Assembly (NCBI GenBank): GCA_017521365.1 | Contig: JAFXCT010000039.1 | Location: 12,433 to 76,432 of the forward strand | From: Clostridia bacterium | GTDB taxonomy: Bacteria; Bacillota; Clostridia; Oscillospirales; Acutalibacteraceae | Length of the DNA stretch: 64,000 bases | Direction: 5' to 3' | Shown: in pieces, positions 60,347 to 64,000 of the stretch | Position numbering within the stretch: position 1 is the first letter of the stretch | Layout: the number at the start of each line of letters is the position of its first letter | Program-made: the position numbers and the translations under genes | Notes under the pieces: generated by a model | Databases searched by the model: none | The model's input: the letters and a program-made list of their open reading frames with translations, nothing else | Told to the model about the DNA's origin: nothing

Positions 60347-60757
60347 ATGAAAGAAATTCTGATGTCCAATATTCCTGCCGCCGTTGCGGTAATAGGTCTC
60401 GTGTGCTACTTTTTCGGTATGGCTGTTGTATTTATTGCTTCACCCGTAAAGAATGCCGAAAAATTTGCGGTAAAGCCCGTCGATAATGCGGGTAAAACCG
60501 AAATCCGTGTTTATTACGGCGGTATTTCCTTTGCACTCGGTGCTTTTTTGCTCTATCTTACCGTTGCGCTCAAAACACCCGTCTATTCGCTTGTCGGCGG
60601 TGTTATCTTTGCAACAACCGTGTTTGTCACCCGAACGATTTTTCTCTGTGTTGACAAGGGCTGGAAATGCCCCTATACAAAGCTTGCAATTCCTGCAGAG
60701 GCCCTTTTCGTTATCGCCCTGTGGACCTGCTTCGTGCTTTCCAAGGTGCTTTATTGA
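60347..60757 (+). CDS. small integral membrane protein (about 4 TM helices; DUF4345-like guess)
   Basis: 136-aa hydrophobic ORF with RBS AGGAGG. Confidence 0.5.
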   Translation: MKEILMSNIPAAVAVIGLVCYFFGMAVVFIASPVKNAEKFAVKPVDNAGKTEIRVYYGGISFALGAFLLYLTVALKTPVYSLVGGVIFATTVFVTRTIFLCVDKGWKCPYTKLAIPAEALFVIALWTCFVLSKVLY

Positions 60758-60785
60758 TAATGTTTCATAAAAATTCAATAATTTA

Positions 60786-60813
60786 TTGACTTTATATATA
60801 AAAATTGTATAAT
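60786..60813 (+). promoter_or_regulatory. candidate promoter
   Basis: TTGACT, 16-nt spacer, TATAAT. Confidence 0.45.
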
Positions 60814-60849
60814 TAAACCAAATATTATGTTAAGTGTGAGGGCTTATTT

Positions 60850-61926
60850 ATGTCTGTAACAATTTTCAGGGCGATTTCTGCATTCTTTATGGCTATTGCC
60901 ACGCTTATCTCTTTCCCCGTTGCGGGTAACATTTCCGCACCGTTTGCACCGAAGGACGAGGAAAACGTTAAGCTCACCTTTGCAACATTGTCCGACACGC
61001 ACGTTAATTCCACCTCTCAGGGCCGTGTGTTTATGACTCAGCTCGGCCTTGCCGATATGCAGTATGCGGATTACGAGCTTGATGCGCTCGTTCACGCAGG
61101 CGACATTACCGACCACGCCTATCCCGAGGAGTGGCAGAACGTTGAAAAGGCTTTTGCAGATTATACACCTGCAAAAAATATCATTTTCGCTCTGGGCAAT
61201 CACGATACGTGGGGTGTCGATGCTGAAGGTAACGACTCCTACGAGGTATCAAAGCAGCTTTTCATCGAGTACAATAAAAAAATCGCCGGCAGAGAAATAG
61301 AAAACGTCTATTATTCAACCAAAATCAACGGCTACACCTTTATCGTTCTCGGCAGTGAGGCTGACCACGTTGCCGCCGATGTAAGTGACGCTCAGCTTGC
61401 TTGGTTAGAGGCTGAAATGGCGCTTGCCGCAAAGGACGACCTGCCGATTTTCGTTGTTTTCCATCAGCCGATAAATCAGACTCACGGTCTGCCCGAATCC
61501 TGGGGTGATGAGGATTATGACGAAATGACGGGCGGTATCGGCCTGCAGTCCGAAGCAGTCAACGCAATTCTGCAAAAGTACAAGAACGTGTTCTATATCA
61601 ACGGCCATATCCACAGCGGAATAAGCGATGAACTCAATTACAAAATCAACGGCTTCAAGAGCATCGAGACTCACGGCAACATCACGAGCGTGAATCTGCC
61701 CAGCTATATGTACCTCAATCTTCGCGGTCAGCTTATGAGCGGCCTCGGCTTTGTTTTCGAGGTTTATGAGGATGAGGTTGTAATCCGCGCAAGAAGCTAT
61801 TCCAGCAACATCTGGTACACGGCTTACGAATACACAATTCCTCTCGTTGAGCAAGCCGATACCGAACTGCCTTCCGTAGAGGAAACAACCGAAGAACAGA
61901 CAACCGAAGAGCAACCAACGGCTTAA
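60850..61926 (+). CDS. exported metallophosphoesterase
   Basis: 358 aa with an N-terminal hydrophobic segment, then LSDTH, AGD, GNHD, GHIH. Confidence 0.8.
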   Translation: MSVTIFRAISAFFMAIATLISFPVAGNISAPFAPKDEENVKLTFATLSDTHVNSTSQGRVFMTQLGLADMQYADYELDALVHAGDITDHAYPEEWQNVEKAFADYTPAKNIIFALGNHDTWGVDAEGNDSYEVSKQLFIEYNKKIAGREIENVYYSTKINGYTFIVLGSEADHVAADVSDAQLAWLEAEMALAAKDDLPIFVVFHQPINQTHGLPESWGDEDYDEMTGGIGLQSEAVNAILQKYKNVFYINGHIHSGISDELNYKINGFKSIETHGNITSVNLPSYMYLNLRGQLMSGLGFVFEVYEDEVVIRARSYSSNIWYTAYEYTIPLVEQADTELPSVEETTEEQTTEEQPTA

Positions 61927-61960
61927 AGCCGAAACAAATAAAAATAAGGAGACTGATTTT

Positions 61961-63304
61961 ATGAAAATTACCTTTATGGGCGCCGGCAGTACCGTATTTG
62001 CAAAAAACGTTCTGGGTGACAGTATGTGCACACCGGCTCTTTGCGAAGCGGAAATTGCCCTTTACGATATCGACAAGCAGCGCCTTGAAGATTCCGAGCT
62101 TATTCTCAGTGCCATCAACAACAACGCAAACGGCGGTAAGGCAAAAATCAAGGCCTATCTCGGCGTTGAAAACCGCAAGGAAGCTCTGCGCGGAGCAAAC
62201 TTCGTTGTTAACGCAATTCAGGTCGGTCTCTATGACCCCTGTACAATAACGGACTTTGAAATTCCGAAGAAATACGGCCTTCGCCAGACTATTGCCGACA
62301 CCCTCGGTATCGGCGGCATTATGCGCGGCCTGCGTACAATTCCCGTTCTTGAGGATTTTGCAAGGGATATGCAGGAGGTCTGTCCCGATGCATGGTTCCT
62401 CAACTACACCAATCCCATGGCCATCCTTTCGGGCTATATGCAGAGATATACAGGCATTAAAACGGTAGGCCTCTGCCACTCCGTTCAGGGCTGTTCCCGT
62501 GACTTGCTCAGAAAGGTCGGTATGGACGACAAGGTGGAAGGCAGATACGACCTGATTGCAGGTATTAACCACATGGCTTGGCTGCTTGAAATTCACGATA
62601 AGGACGGTAACAACCTTTACCCCGAAATCAAGCGCAGGGCAGCCGAAATCAACGCTGCCGCACTTGCAACCTCCGACCCCGAAAAGAAGCACGACGATAT
62701 GGTGCGCTTTGAGTATATCAAGCGCCTCGGCTACTACTGCACGGAGTCCAGCGAGCACAATTCCGAGTACAATATGTTCTACATAAAGGATAAGTACCCG
62801 AACCTTATTGCCGATTATAACATTCCGCTCGACGAATATCCCAGACGTTGTATCAACCAGATAGGCCGCTGGGCAAAGGAAAAGGAAGAGCTTTTCAACA
62901 ACGGCAAGATTACTCACACCCGTTCACACGAGTACGCTTCTTACATTATGGAGGCTATGGTTACCAATAACCCGTACAAAATCGGCGGTAACGTGCTCAA
63001 TACAGGTCTTATCGACAACCTTCCTGCAGATGCCTGCGTTGAAGTACCCTGTCTTGTCGATGCAAGCGGCGTAACGCCCTGCCACGTCGGCAGACTTCCC
63101 GTTCAGCTTGCCGCAATGAATATGACGAATATCAACGTTCAGCTTCTCACAATCGAAGCAGCCGTTACCAAGAAGAAGGAGCACATCTACCAGGCAGCTA
63201 TGCTCGACCCGCATACGGGCTCAGAGCTGAGCATTGACGATATCGTCAAGATGGTCGATGAACTCATCGAAGTCCACGGCGACTGGATGCCCAAGTATCA
63301 TTAA
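61961..63304 (+). CDS. melA: glycoside hydrolase family 4 alpha-galactosidase/alpha-glucosidase
   Basis: 447 aa with MKITFMGAGSTVFAK (NAD-binding) and the VGLCHSVQG GH4 motif. Confidence 0.85.
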   Translation: MKITFMGAGSTVFAKNVLGDSMCTPALCEAEIALYDIDKQRLEDSELILSAINNNANGGKAKIKAYLGVENRKEALRGANFVVNAIQVGLYDPCTITDFEIPKKYGLRQTIADTLGIGGIMRGLRTIPVLEDFARDMQEVCPDAWFLNYTNPMAILSGYMQRYTGIKTVGLCHSVQGCSRDLLRKVGMDDKVEGRYDLIAGINHMAWLLEIHDKDGNNLYPEIKRRAAEINAAALATSDPEKKHDDMVRFEYIKRLGYYCTESSEHNSEYNMFYIKDKYPNLIADYNIPLDEYPRRCINQIGRWAKEKEELFNNGKITHTRSHEYASYIMEAMVTNNPYKIGGNVLNTGLIDNLPADACVEVPCLVDASGVTPCHVGRLPVQLAAMNMTNINVQLLTIEAAVTKKKEHIYQAAMLDPHTGSELSIDDIVKMVDELIEVHGDWMPKYH

Positions 63305-63320
63305 AAAGCAATGCCGTCAA

Positions 63321-63447
63321 CTTAAGAGATACAACTCAATGGTTGTTCGCGTAGGGGCGGCTATCAGCCGCCAGCAAACCGAGCGTTATCAACACGGGCG
63401 GATAATATCCGCCCCTACTTGCTCTCAATGAATGAGATTTAAATTTT
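63321..63447. repeat. multi-hairpin intergenic element, copy 3 (same orientation as copy 2, more diverged)
   Basis: cttaagagatacaac...gtaggggcggctatcagccgcc...gggcggataatatccgcccctac...gagatttaaatttta. Confidence 0.65.
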
Positions 63448-63472
63448 AGGAGTTATAACGCACCACAAATAA

Positions 63473-63780
63473 AAACAGGCTCAACCAAACGCCCACACCC
63501 GATAAGGAAGTATTTGTTTCTCGGGTAAAATTCCCCGTATCTTTGAAAAAAGCCTCGCAAGGCGACAGCCTTGCTGCGTTTTTGGCTTCGTTACAAGAAA
63601 TTTTATTCCCTTACGAAACTGCGAAGCACTTTAAAATGAAATTTTAAGATACAGGAAAAGGAAAATCCCACAGATAATGCTGACGCATATCTGTGGGATT
63701 TGTCGTGTTATTGTACTTAAAATTCACGTTTTAAAGAAATACTGCCTTATCGGGCGTGGGCGAATCGGCTGAGCCTGTTT
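63473..63780. mobile_element. MITE-like non-coding element with about 35-bp imperfect terminal inverted repeats
   Basis: The left end is aaacaggctcaaccaaacgcccacacccgataagg. The right end reverse-complements to aaacaggctcagccgattcgcccacgcccgataagg. The interior has several hairpins and no ORF. Confidence 0.5.
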
Positions 63781-63783
63781 AAC

Positions 63784-64000
63784 TTATATTCTGTTCAAAA
63801 ATTCAACCGCTTCTTTCGATGCGCCTACAACCGTTTCGGTATAATCTCTCATCTTGATTTTTGCAAGCAGACCGTCAAAATTTGGGTTAAGTATATTCAT
63901 CGCTTCGGTGCGTGCTTTTTCTGCCGCTTCGGTTTCGCCGCTGTGCGTGAAAATGATAATCTCTGCAATTCTTCTATAGAACATATCCGGCACGGTTTGG
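63784..64000 (-). CDS. hypothetical protein, C-terminal part (5' end beyond the window)
   Basis: The ORF is open to the window edge and ends ...ASKEAVEFLNRI*. No family recognised. Confidence 0.4.
   Translation of the reverse strand, partial: QTVPDMFYRRIAEIIIFTHSGETEAAEKARTEAMNILNPNFDGLLAKIKMRDYTETVVGASKEAVEFLNRI

Overview
This looks like a chromosomal segment of a Gram-positive, Clostridia-type anaerobe. That call is an inference from AGGAGG-type RBSs, TTGACA/TATAAT promoters and the protein families present; the finer taxon cannot be verified here. I support about 58 protein genes, 3 tRNAs (Ser-GGA, Leu-TAA, Ala-CGC), 1 gene fragment, many intrinsic terminators and several repeat families. 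I see no rRNA, no CRISPR array, and no recognisable integrase, transposase, phage or plasmid genes. Gene content falls into four groups. Housekeeping: mscL, proC, asnS, mltG, potABCD. Glycan use: GH3, GH2 lacZ-type, GH78, GH4, a GPH symporter and iolC-like genes. Cell envelope: two YfhO paralogues, two glycerophosphodiesterases and two paralogous GH-A-like TIM-barrel proteins. Accessory: AT-richer stretches downstream of tRNA-Ser (13.5-19.8 kb) and tRNA-Leu (31.7-35 kb), rich in GNATs, HExxH proteins and hydrolases. No complete, obviously novel multi-gene system (defence or otherwise) can be demonstrated from sequence alone. The most unusual signals are: (1) two 'word + mini-hairpin' mirror arrays next to tRNA genes (31721-31890 and 54843-55046); (2) a 132-bp multi-hairpin element in three copies, two of which sit as inverted repeats around a two-gene cassette (16062-18218); (3) a two-gene module with a degenerate pyrophosphatase-like protein and a possible H-Y-E ADP-ribosyltransferase-like protein (53919-54827); (4) a YfhO / Cys-motif GH-A-like pairing with a membrane-anchored paralogue beside two GDPDs; (5) a ceramidase-like / DegT-like / exported-PHP operon; (6) a roughly 310-bp MITE-like element with 35-bp terminal inverted repeats (63473-63780). 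All functional calls come from motif recognition by eye and need profile or structure searches.
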